Below, piece after piece: positions 9,525-18,930 of a stretch of 37,564 nt of DNA. Position 1 is the stretch's first letter; each line of letters begins with the position of its first letter. Below the pieces are notes generated by a model. The model was not told the origin of the DNA and made no database searches. It was given only the letters and a program-made list of their open reading frames with translations. The position numbers were made by a program, and so were the translations under genes. The stretch lies in the IMG/VR virus record IMGVR_UViG_3300032332_002234, positions 1-37,564 of that record; one strand, given 5' to 3'. This stretch comes from a virus. Taxonomy: Duplodnaviria > Caudoviricetes.

Positions 9525-11476
9525 TGCTTTATACGTCAAAAAATGCTGTTCCACGGTATGCAGTTCTTCCTGCAAAGTCAGCTATTCAAATAGTTGATCA
9601 CAAGACAGTCGATCAAAAAACATCATTTATTTATTCAATTCCCATTACGATAGATCAATCTGTCATAGGCCAGATTGATGGTGACCTCCAAATTCGCGGA
9701 TTTCTTGGTCAAAAACGAAAAGAGAAGATAGTTGTCAAAAAATCTGTTGCTATTGGCGAAAACATTTTCAAGAATGTCAATAGACAACGTATGAATCAAC
9801 TTGCAGATAGAAAGTTTGATAAAAAGTTTTTTGTTAAAAAGTTTATTGATAGGCCAGATTTTTCACTGACCACCATTGATTTCCAGGTCGAGATTCCATC
9901 GGAGGACATTGACAATATATTCACAATTGAAATTGTGAATATAAAAACAGATGGAAGTATTTTTTCTGTTGATTCAATAGAAATTGATCATGAAACAGTT
10001 CTTAAAAATTATGATTTACCTAACCAGGATTTCTATTTTACAACCACAAGAATGAATGGAAGGAAGATTTTTGCTGCCGCTTCAACGAGTGATAATGTCA
10101 CAGGTGCTTTTAAGTTTTATCTGAAAAATGATGCCTCAACAAATTTTCTTAGAAAAGATTTTGAAAATTTGCAGGTAGTTCCAACTGACACCTCTAACAA
10201 ATCAACTGCCGTATTTGATGTTCCTGATAACGACCAATGTTACACTGTCTTAGCTCAACCTGTGTCACGTTTTTACCAGCAAGAGCTTGGGAATTTTCGT
10301 CAAATTGAGGCAGGATTCGTAAAGAATGTAAAGCAGATTCCATTCTATATGTCAACAATTTCCGATAAAGAAGTCTCTTTTAGAGCACGAGGAATGGATT
10401 CGTCTATTACCCGAATCATCCTGTATAGACAACTGCTTCCAAGCGGTTATCGTGAGATTGTTGAATCGGTTTCGAACGTAGGAAATAGCGTCGTTGTTAC
10501 CGATAAAAAACGAAATCCACAATACGACTTTATCTACTCTATTGACTACATTGGAACAGATGGAGTTTTGTACACAAGCCCATCAGAAGTTTTTGTTCCT
10601 TCTTTAAAACTTGATTCTCTTGCATCAATAGCTGTTAGTCGTATTAGTGATGAAAATGATGAGCAAAATCAAAATATTGTGTTTGATGCTAGAGTCTCAT
10701 ATAAGACATCTTCAATAGTTGATCAAATTGTCAAAGATCTAAAAACGCTTGGTCTTGAAAATCTTCTCTCAAGCGAACTTGAGAAGACGACAAACAATCT
10801 TAAGCCCCTTATAAGAGTTCTCGTCACCCAGGTTTCTTTGGTTACAGGGGTAGAGACATCTGTCGGAATTTTTGAACCAGGTATCATCAAAATTTCCACA
10901 AAGGATGTTCAATCAAATAATTCGATTTTTAGATTTGAAGTTGCTGTACGATCTGTGCCTGAAGCACTTGAGAATATTACGGCAGCCCAGAATTTTATTT
11001 CAACAAACGCTTATGATCTTAAAAGCGATGTTGATCTTTCATCTAAGCTTATTGGCAACAAGGTAAAATCAGGGCAGACAAGCTATAGTGCAAAATTTTT
11101 TACTAAAAACTCGATTAGAAACTCTTTGTTACGTTATGGAACAGCATCAAATCTAAGCGATATCTCTTTTTACGCAGGAAGGACGGGAATATTTTATGAC
11201 GTCGCCGTTGGGGGAGTTGGCAATAGCGATGTAAAAATCACAAATGTCAGTTTCTTACCTCTAAGACAAGGTAGTTATGTCATGTGGTCAATTTCTGGCA
11301 ATAGTCGTGAAATTGACTTATTTGAAATAAATGCAGATGGAACGATATTTTACAGTTATCCCACAAGTAAGTCGGTTCAAGTATTTCATCTTGGAAATTT
11401 GAATCCTAAAAGAATAGAGGTAACTGCCATCATCGATGATGAAAGAATCACATCAGGAAAGGTTGAGGTTCGTTAA
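9524..11476 (+). CDS. Hypothetical structural protein with probable Ig/FN3-like modules (650 aa)
   Basis: TAATG coupling on both sides. RIILYRQ..VVTDK..YDFIYSIDYI is FN3-like. Confidence 0.6.
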   Translation: MLYTSKNAVPRYAVLPAKSAIQIVDHKTVDQKTSFIYSIPITIDQSVIGQIDGDLQIRGFLGQKRKEKIVVKKSVAIGENIFKNVNRQRMNQLADRKFDKKFFVKKFIDRPDFSLTTIDFQVEIPSEDIDNIFTIEIVNIKTDGSIFSVDSIEIDHETVLKNYDLPNQDFYFTTTRMNGRKIFAAASTSDNVTGAFKFYLKNDASTNFLRKDFENLQVVPTDTSNKSTAVFDVPDNDQCYTVLAQPVSRFYQQELGNFRQIEAGFVKNVKQIPFYMSTISDKEVSFRARGMDSSITRIILYRQLLPSGYREIVESVSNVGNSVVVTDKKRNPQYDFIYSIDYIGTDGVLYTSPSEVFVPSLKLDSLASIAVSRISDENDEQNQNIVFDARVSYKTSSIVDQIVKDLKTLGLENLLSSELEKTTNNLKPLIRVLVTQVSLVTGVETSVGIFEPGIIKISTKDVQSNNSIFRFEVAVRSVPEALENITAAQNFISTNAYDLKSDVDLSSKLIGNKVKSGQTSYSAKFFTKNSIRNSLLRYGTASNLSDISFYAGRTGIFYDVAVGGVGNSDVKITNVSFLPLRQGSYVMWSISGNSREIDLFEINADGTIFYSYPTSKSVQVFHLGNLNPKRIEVTAIIDDERITSGKVEVR

Positions 11477-14400
11477 TGCCGATAAAAACACCATCATTTT
11501 CAAGTCTAGTAGTCAGCTCGGAGAGCGCAGGTTCTATCGGTGATATCTCAACTGAGATAAAAAAGACACCTAAGTCGATTAAAGAAAAAGGGTCATCCAA
11601 AAAAAGATCATCCCGTCGATTGACTAGTGCGACAGCTGTATCATCAACTGTCACATATGGCTCGACGAATACTGTCTATGAATTTGATTCAACATACTAT
11701 GATTTAGAAATTACGGGAAGTTGCGTAACAAGTGCATATCCTGTTATCATTGCTACACTACCTTTTAAAAATCTATATGAATCAGGTGATCTATCAAATT
11801 TTGGAAGTCTTTATGAAATACAAAATGAACTTAGAGATGCCACCATCATAAAGGCAAATCAGTTAGTTACCAATTATTTGAATTCATCTCAAACAGTTTC
11901 AGCGTCTTTAGAAAAAACAAGCAGTGAAAACTATACAAAATATACAGTCATCACAAGAAGTGTTCCACAAATTTTAAATTACAAAGAAGATCTAGTTCGA
12001 ACTACAGAAATTAAGACACCATCTGACAGTCAGAATGACAAGATAGACACCCTAACATCGACAACTACAGCCGACGCAGCTGGTCCCAGTCTAACGTCAA
12101 CGAGATCAGTTGTCCCCACGTCATCATCGGTCACAACTGCAACAGCACCTAGCATAGGATCGTCTACGTCATCTTTCCGATCCACGACAACAGCAACTAG
12201 TGCTGTAGCCACATCAAGTAGCACAAGCGGGACAGGTGGTAATATCTCTGTTGTGTATGTTGATGATGACATTCAAAAATACGAATCAGGAACAGACATC
12301 CTTGAAAAGCTCTCAGAAAGACTTTTGGGAGAAAATCGTCCTGTACAACAAAAGACAACGCGCCAATATCAGCTTTTAAAAGCTGCAATCTCTCAAGTGA
12401 CTGAGGGCATAAGATTTAATAACATAGAATATTATGATTTTTATAAGAGTCCATATGCAGAACTTGTTCCGTTCGAAATTTCATCAATTTACCAGGTAAC
12501 ATCAAAAAAGATTTCTGCGTATCCAGGTTTTCTCTTTGCTAAAAAGACACTTGATGATGCAGCTGAGGTCATTAGTAATGACTATTTGCCTACATCAAGA
12601 TATTCAAATTCTAAAGGATCTTCTTTTTTAGATGGTCTAAACAAATCAGGATTATTTTATTCTGGGAAAGTAAGCAAAGACTCATCGGGTAAATTTTACA
12701 TTCCGGATGGCCTCGATGCGGCAGGGAATTTTGTCAATTTAAACAATACGGGCCTTATTGAGAACAGAACGACACCCAGAATCTTACCCGTCCTTTCTCT
12801 TAAAAGTGATCTTTATACTCAGGGTTTTATTGATCAAATTGCTCCAGTACTTGCTGCAGAGATCACTGAGGCGGTTAATACCTATCCAAAAATTCCTAAG
12901 TCAATTGATCCATACGCACAAGAACAGATAACAGTTACGTCGACAATTGGAGACGACATCAGATTCATTACTGAAAAGTCTGATGGTCAAAAATTATATC
13001 TTTTTGACAATGCAATTTTAAGCAATCAAAACGAGGATGCATCACCAATCTCATCAATTATGCTGTATGATATTGATGAAATAGAAAAATTGAGATCTGA
13101 TCTTGATAATCTAGTTTCTTCATTGGAAAGTTTTTCTTCATCAAGAAAAACACAGATCTCAAATCAATGTTCAATGACAATTTTGTCAATCTTTTATCAA
13201 AAGATTTATGAATTTTTTACTAAAACAATCCTGGGTACTGGAAAGGGTGACATCTATACAGCGATTAGGACACTAATGTTCATAATTGCTGCAAATGACC
13301 AATTTTCAGCAGGCAAACTTTTTAGAATCATCTTTGACAATGAGAATGAAACGTCGAATATGATTGCTCGAGGCAGTTCGCTTAGCTTCTCTGGTAAAGA
13401 AAAAGATGTTATTAAAAATCTCTTCTTTACGGGCGCCAAGCTAGCAACAAGTGATTCGAATAGCAGTTCAGCAATCAAATACGGAAAAGAAATTCTATAT
13501 GACGTTCCTAAGACGACATATTCTAAAAAACAAAATGAAGAAACTAATACATTTTTAAAGAATCTGTACTCTACAAAGAGCGAATTCCAGACAATTTGTA
13601 TCCAAGCTGTCAATAATGTTTTAGATTGTTATCCTGCTGTAAAGGATGACAAAAAATTAGTTACTAAATTGAGATTGGGCTTTTTTACAATGTTGCTCTT
13701 CTATCTAAAAAAGATTAGAGTCAAATCTTTATTAGAGATTACTTTTGACGCTTATGAAGCGGCTGCAAGCAATGGCTCAAGCATGTCCGACCAGGGTTTT
13801 GGGACAAGTGTTGCAGAGAATCTGGATAATTCTAAAGTTGAGATTGAAACAGCGATGACGTGGAAAGAAGCAGACGTTCTTTTCATGTCTGACTGCATTG
13901 TTGAATCATTTAACAACATCTCAGCTGAAAATTTGAAATTTGAAAATTTTAAGAAAAAGATAGGCTCAACCCCGTCAGCAGAGCAGTTAAAAGTTGCAAG
14001 TGCTCCCTGTTTTAGAACTGTTAGATCGTCAATTAAGAACGTCCTGCAAATCTCGCAAGATATTAAATCTCTTCTTGCCTACCAGATGACAGTTCTGAGG
14101 GCTCAAATTGCTGCATGTTCTTCAATTAGCGTCCTATTTGAAAAATTGATCAACATCTATGCGGGTGACAAGGCAAAAGTATCTTTGATCTTGAGAAGAT
14201 ATGGGACACTTGAGTCTGTCATAGAGCTCCTCTATCAGGCAGAAAGAAATCGTACTTTGATACCTGGTACTGAGATCACGTCAAACGCAACACGATCTGA
14301 AAATTATCGTTCTATAGTGAAGATGGCATTTAAGAACTATCTTCCAAAATCGGACGATATATCACTGGCTATTGTCGGCTTACCTTATGGACATCTTGAA

Positions 14401-15066
14401 CGACTTCGTCTTTCACAAAATGAGAGAAATTTTTATTACAATTGTCGACTGTTTGGCGACAATAGCAAAAATTATGATGAAAGTATGAATTCTATTGATT
14501 TTAACTTTCCATATATTAGATCATCTAAAACGAATCGACCAAACGCTGCGGGGCCTTTCTTATCTCTTTATACAAATCTTTACGATGATTTTAGTTCATC
14601 AAGAATTGTAGAAAGCATGCAAGATAGTAGCATTTCTCTTATGAAGATCAACGAGGCAATTTCAGATTTTGACGTCATTGAGAGAAGTGAAGTTAATACG
14701 TCAGAGCAGTCAATTGATTTTCCTGCGGAAATTATTCAAGCAGCATTACAGTCATTCATAGAGGACATTTACGGAATTTATCCAAGATATGCGTCATTTA
14801 AGGGGCAGATCGGCGGTTCATACCCAGAAGAAAAGATTGCTGATGATGTTTTAATGTTTAACGGAATTAAGAAAGATACAACAGAAGAGAAATTACTCTA
14901 TTCTCGATTAAAATCGACTATCATGATGCATCGTTTATTCTTGACGACAAGGATGATTGACCAGGCAGAAGCATCGCCTCTGTTTGACAAAATACATTAC
15001 TCCTTAGTTGATGGAAGTAAGTTCAAAGATGTCATCACAGAATTCTATGCCAAGGTGGATGTATAA
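11476..15066 (+). CDS. Large hypothetical protein (1196 aa) with a Ser/Thr-rich linker; probably virion-associated
   Basis: Long ORF coupled (TAATG) on both sides, with no enzyme motif recognised. Confidence 0.7.
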   Translation: MPIKTPSFSSLVVSSESAGSIGDISTEIKKTPKSIKEKGSSKKRSSRRLTSATAVSSTVTYGSTNTVYEFDSTYYDLEITGSCVTSAYPVIIATLPFKNLYESGDLSNFGSLYEIQNELRDATIIKANQLVTNYLNSSQTVSASLEKTSSENYTKYTVITRSVPQILNYKEDLVRTTEIKTPSDSQNDKIDTLTSTTTADAAGPSLTSTRSVVPTSSSVTTATAPSIGSSTSSFRSTTTATSAVATSSSTSGTGGNISVVYVDDDIQKYESGTDILEKLSERLLGENRPVQQKTTRQYQLLKAAISQVTEGIRFNNIEYYDFYKSPYAELVPFEISSIYQVTSKKISAYPGFLFAKKTLDDAAEVISNDYLPTSRYSNSKGSSFLDGLNKSGLFYSGKVSKDSSGKFYIPDGLDAAGNFVNLNNTGLIENRTTPRILPVLSLKSDLYTQGFIDQIAPVLAAEITEAVNTYPKIPKSIDPYAQEQITVTSTIGDDIRFITEKSDGQKLYLFDNAILSNQNEDASPISSIMLYDIDEIEKLRSDLDNLVSSLESFSSSRKTQISNQCSMTILSIFYQKIYEFFTKTILGTGKGDIYTAIRTLMFIIAANDQFSAGKLFRIIFDNENETSNMIARGSSLSFSGKEKDVIKNLFFTGAKLATSDSNSSSAIKYGKEILYDVPKTTYSKKQNEETNTFLKNLYSTKSEFQTICIQAVNNVLDCYPAVKDDKKLVTKLRLGFFTMLLFYLKKIRVKSLLEITFDAYEAAASNGSSMSDQGFGTSVAENLDNSKVEIETAMTWKEADVLFMSDCIVESFNNISAENLKFENFKKKIGSTPSAEQLKVASAPCFRTVRSSIKNVLQISQDIKSLLAYQMTVLRAQIAACSSISVLFEKLINIYAGDKAKVSLILRRYGTLESVIELLYQAERNRTLIPGTEITSNATRSENYRSIVKMAFKNYLPKSDDISLAIVGLPYGHLERLRLSQNERNFYYNCRLFGDNSKNYDESMNSIDFNFPYIRSSKTNRPNAAGPFLSLYTNLYDDFSSSRIVESMQDSSISLMKINEAISDFDVIERSEVNTSEQSIDFPAEIIQAALQSFIEDIYGIYPRYASFKGQIGGSYPEEKIADDVLMFNGIKKDTTEEKLLYSRLKSTIMMHRLFLTTRMIDQAEASPLFDKIHYSLVDGSKFKDVITEFYAKVDV

Positions 15067-16871
15067 TGTCAGCTTACACAACAGACATAGACACGTTCGT
15101 AGCGTCCTCTTCTGTCAGTATTCCGTTTTACCAATTAACGCTACCTAAGACAGAAAAAATTAAAGGTCGCTTCATCTACAATTACTACACAAGAGATGAG
15201 GGAATCTCGGAAACAGTGTCACTTGATGCTGTCGACGCACAGACAGATGAGTATGACTTTATTGTTGAGAATTGGGAGAATGGAACATATCCACGACAAA
15301 TTGAGATCAAATTTGGCTCAAGAGACGCATATAAGAAAGAGACGCTTGCCGTTGGAACAATAGCAGCAGCTTCGAATGATTCAAAAATAATTTTTGAAGA
15401 TGCGCCATTTGATACAAGGTTTTCTAGCGTTTTAGTACATGACACATCAATTGATGAAAAGATCTATAACATAATTTCCGGATCAACACCCAAAAGAACA
15501 AAATTATCAAATGACATCTTAAATGTGGCAAAATTGCAATCAGCAGGCCATAGATTTTCAAAAGCTGATGCAAGAGAGCAAGTTGAGAATCTTTACAGCG
15601 CAGATATTAAATCTGTCAACTTAGGAATATCGACAAATAATCTCTTTTCTTACGACTTGCTTAACACGGTGCAAATATGGCAAGCATCAGCATTTGTCGA
15701 TGAATTTGCATCTATTTTACCTGATGCTAAAAATGAGCAAGATGAAGAAAGGACCAAGACAGCTAGTGGTTTATTTAGAATCACTGAAAATGAAGTCGAT
15801 ATTGAGTTAAAGAGCATCTCTTCGACATTTGTTAGAGCTGATACGTCTCGTGTTTCATCATTTGGCATCAATTTGGTTTATCCAACACAGACAACAAAAG
15901 TTGGTTATATCATAGAGAAGTATGGCGAGCAAGTAGACGGCACAACTTTGCGCTATCCTGACATTGTCCTTGAAGACGCAAGTGCGACGTCGTATACGGA
16001 TTACGCTGTAAGATACGGCGGAATTTACAAATACAAAATTAGAACTGTTTATAAAACAGTCATTACAACGGCAAATGAATCGGGTCGTGATTCCTTTGAA
16101 GGATTCAAGATTAGCTCTGTTCTTGTTGCATCCACAGGGGTCTTTACGACAGTCAATTGTGAAGAAAGAATCCCGCCTCTCCCACCCAACAATATTTCAT
16201 TTCAGCAAACCCTCGAAGGTCTTTACATTCGCTGGAATTTCCCTATAAACACACAGAAGGATATTAAGCGCTTCCAGATCTTTAGAAGACCCAACATCCA
16301 GCAGGCATTTTCTCTTGTTAAAGAGATAAATTTTGATCGAACAATTCTTCCATACACATCAGGTGAAAATGTCCCTGTTGAAAAAATCATTCGATCAAAA
16401 GGCCCTGTTAAACACTACATTGACGATGAGTTTAAAAATATTGACAGTGATTACATTTATGCTTTATGTGCCATTGACGCACATGGGTATTCATCAGCTT
16501 ATTCTGAACAATTTCGTGTCAGATTCGATAAGCTAACAGGGAAGATTCTTATTTCAAGAATATCACCCGAGGGTGCACCAAAACCTTATCCCAATGTCAA
16601 TATACAGGCCGATTTCTTCAGTGATATTATAAAAGATAGCGGTCATAGTCGGGTTAGAATTTATTTTGATCCTGAGTATCGAAACGTTACACTTGATGGA
16701 TCCAATCTTAATCTGATATCGACAACAACAACTGGTCAAGTTACTTACAAACTTAATATGACTGAGATTAATCTGGGTCAAAGTCAAACAATTAATATTG
16801 TCATTGGTGATGAAAAGGTTACCGCAAATGGGATTCCTGTGAGCATTGCGAGATTTTACACAGCAGATTGA
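15066..16871 (+). CDS. Fibronectin type III domain-containing structural protein (601 aa)
   Basis: PPLPPNNISF..LYIRWNFP..IKRFQIFRR..YID..YIYALCAIDAHGYSSAYS is a classic FN3 pattern. A second module contains SYTDYAVRYGGIYKYKIRTV. Confidence 0.75.
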   Translation: MSAYTTDIDTFVASSSVSIPFYQLTLPKTEKIKGRFIYNYYTRDEGISETVSLDAVDAQTDEYDFIVENWENGTYPRQIEIKFGSRDAYKKETLAVGTIAAASNDSKIIFEDAPFDTRFSSVLVHDTSIDEKIYNIISGSTPKRTKLSNDILNVAKLQSAGHRFSKADAREQVENLYSADIKSVNLGISTNNLFSYDLLNTVQIWQASAFVDEFASILPDAKNEQDEERTKTASGLFRITENEVDIELKSISSTFVRADTSRVSSFGINLVYPTQTTKVGYIIEKYGEQVDGTTLRYPDIVLEDASATSYTDYAVRYGGIYKYKIRTVYKTVITTANESGRDSFEGFKISSVLVASTGVFTTVNCEERIPPLPPNNISFQQTLEGLYIRWNFPINTQKDIKRFQIFRRPNIQQAFSLVKEINFDRTILPYTSGENVPVEKIIRSKGPVKHYIDDEFKNIDSDYIYALCAIDAHGYSSAYSEQFRVRFDKLTGKILISRISPEGAPKPYPNVNIQADFFSDIIKDSGHSRVRIYFDPEYRNVTLDGSNLNLISTTTTGQVTYKLNMTEINLGQSQTINIVIGDEKVTANGIPVSIARFYTAD

Positions 16872-16896
16872 TTTTAACAGTGCATCCTGGAGAAAG

Positions 16897-16903
16897 ATAT
16901 TTA
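16897..16903 (+). promoter_or_regulatory. Putative late promoter (ATATTTA)
   Basis: Intergenic gATATTTAg, then SD GAGG, then ATG 16924. Confidence 0.55.
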
Positions 16904-16923
16904 GATAGCGAGGTTTCTAGAAA

Positions 16924-17625
16924 ATGGGCTTTCTTGATCAAAGCACGAACAACATCATACTTGATGCTGTTTTAACAGATGCTGGACGACGACTTTTAGC
17001 TTCGCAGGGACGATTCGTCATCACAAAATTTGCTTTTGGTGATGATGAAGTTGACTATGGTGTCATTGAACAATATGGGCGTACGGTCGGAAAGGAAAAG
17101 ATCGAGAAAAATACGCCTATTTTTGAAGCTGTGACAAATCCAAGCGTTGCTCTAAAGAGCAGCCTTGTGAGCGTCTCAACTGTCTCTAACGTCATCACGT
17201 ATCTTCCAACAATCGCCATTTCACCAGTGGGCACACTTTCACTAAATTTTGCCAGCAAGGCATCACAGACGGTGAATGTTGAGCTTTCAATTGAAGATGG
17301 TTTCTCTTGTCCCCCCGAATTAATTGATGATGACTTCATTGTCATGGTTGATAATCGATTCTTGCGTTCATCAACAGCAACCGTCTCTACCCCTACATCA
17401 ATTTCATCGATGAATGTTGCATCTTATACATTCCCAGCAGATGCAACTTCTTCTACGAATCCACTTTCACGTCTCTCTTTCACATTGACGCCACAGTCTG
17501 TTCCCCTTGCAACACAGCAGGCATATCAGATTCCTGGAACGACTTATATTTCTACCTACGTCAGTGTTACGGGTAGAAATTCAGGGAATCGCACAGACAT
17601 TCGGGTCAATATCACAACCGCCTGA
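16924..17625 (+). CDS. Tail/baseplate protein (233 aa) whose N-terminus resembles the first half of the tail-collar fibre (DUF3751-like) domain
   Basis: DAVLTDAGRRLLA..FVITKFAFGDDEVDY, with SD GAGG. Confidence 0.7.
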   Translation: MGFLDQSTNNIILDAVLTDAGRRLLASQGRFVITKFAFGDDEVDYGVIEQYGRTVGKEKIEKNTPIFEAVTNPSVALKSSLVSVSTVSNVITYLPTIAISPVGTLSLNFASKASQTVNVELSIEDGFSCPPELIDDDFIVMVDNRFLRSSTATVSTPTSISSMNVASYTFPADATSSTNPLSRLSFTLTPQSVPLATQQAYQIPGTTYISTYVSVTGRNSGNRTDIRVNITTA

Positions 17626-17637
17626 TAAGGATAGAAA

Positions 17638-18924
17638 ATGCCAGTTTATAAGGGATTAGGCCCTAAAGATATCAAGACAGCCCGTTCTTTCTTAAATCAG
17701 CTTGTCGATGTCGTTCAAGAGAATGTCAGCGGCTCAGCTACTAGAAAGAGTTACGAAGTATTCGTTTCGGGATCGGGAGCAGCTTCGATAACATCGTCGC
17801 TCTTTCAGACAGTCTTTGATCAGGATTTCACACTTGCGACAGCAAACGAGATTCTTGACGTCTCATTTGGCCTTTATGCATCAAGCAGTATAGTGACAGG
17901 TTCTCCTGGTTATAGCGTTGATACAGCAGGCAAGCTATTATTTGCATCTAATACAGCAATGATGAGAGAGAAAGTGCAAATCTATAAGCAGTTTGCACAG
18001 ACACTCTTAGGAAGCAGTGATTCCCAGTTTACGTCACCTTTCACAGGCGCCTCAACAAGCGATTACATTGACGCTGCTGTTTTCCTTCCTATCAAGCGAC
18101 TTTTCTCTCGTGATGGTATTAAGCCACAGACTTTCGCTATGAAGATGTTCCAATCTGCTGCGCTTGATGGAGCAAACACGCCCGAGGCCTCAGCATATGA
18201 AGCAACAATTGTGAATGTCTACACGGGAACTAATATCGATTATCCAGCCGCATCGGGTTCTATTATTATTACAGATGCCGGAACTGGTGTAACACCAGCA
18301 TACACGTACGGTGGGACAGTAGGCAATCTCGTCAATTCATCAGATACGACTCAGGAACTTGGCCTCATCTTCTACGACCAAGGAATCGTTGTTCTTGACG
18401 CGAATAAGGTGTTTTTCTCAAATCAACATATGAGCGGCCTCATTAGTGCAGCAACGGGTGCTGATACTGTTGCTGGCATCACAACTACGGCAGGTTCAAC
18501 TTTTATTGGTAGAACTTGGACATCGGCAAACTCTTCTGCCAAGTTCATTCCCGACTTTGTCGTTTCAGCATCGATGGACGATATCGTCAATCACATCGCA
18601 TCAGTTCGATTTGGCAATTCAGCAAATACAGCCGATACATCAATCACTTTCCAGAATATCACGACAATCAACTCAACGCTTGTCTTCTGTGAGGCGGCTG
18701 CTGATGAATTCAACTACTCAGCAAATCCTTCATTCACGGACAATGATGGTCGTATTGTTGTGATTGATGAGGGTGCAGAGACAACGCAAGACTCCTTCAC
18801 ATTCATCACAACAATCGGATTGTATGATGCTGCAGACAACTTGCTTGCTGTCGCCAAACTTTCACGTCCTGTTGAAAAGAATTCTCAGAAGAAGCTTTCG
18901 TTCAGAGTTAGATTAGATTACTGA
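17638..18924 (+). CDS. Tail/baseplate structural protein (428 aa); paralog of 18931..21282 at the C-terminus
   Basis: SD AAGGA. C-terminal FITTIGLYDAADNLLAVAKLSRPVEK..FRVRLDY, plus GLIFYDQGIVVL. Confidence 0.75.
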   Translation: MPVYKGLGPKDIKTARSFLNQLVDVVQENVSGSATRKSYEVFVSGSGAASITSSLFQTVFDQDFTLATANEILDVSFGLYASSSIVTGSPGYSVDTAGKLLFASNTAMMREKVQIYKQFAQTLLGSSDSQFTSPFTGASTSDYIDAAVFLPIKRLFSRDGIKPQTFAMKMFQSAALDGANTPEASAYEATIVNVYTGTNIDYPAASGSIIITDAGTGVTPAYTYGGTVGNLVNSSDTTQELGLIFYDQGIVVLDANKVFFSNQHMSGLISAATGADTVAGITTTAGSTFIGRTWTSANSSAKFIPDFVVSASMDDIVNHIASVRFGNSANTADTSITFQNITTINSTLVFCEAAADEFNYSANPSFTDNDGRIVVIDEGAETTQDSFTFITTIGLYDAADNLLAVAKLSRPVEKNSQKKLSFRVRLDY

Positions 18925-18930
18925 GGGATT

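Noticed and set aside
11476-15066. The 1196-aa protein as a tape measure protein or virion RNA polymerase subunit
   Set aside because: No tape-measure-like Ala/Gly periodicity and no DxDGD or other polymerase motif was seen.
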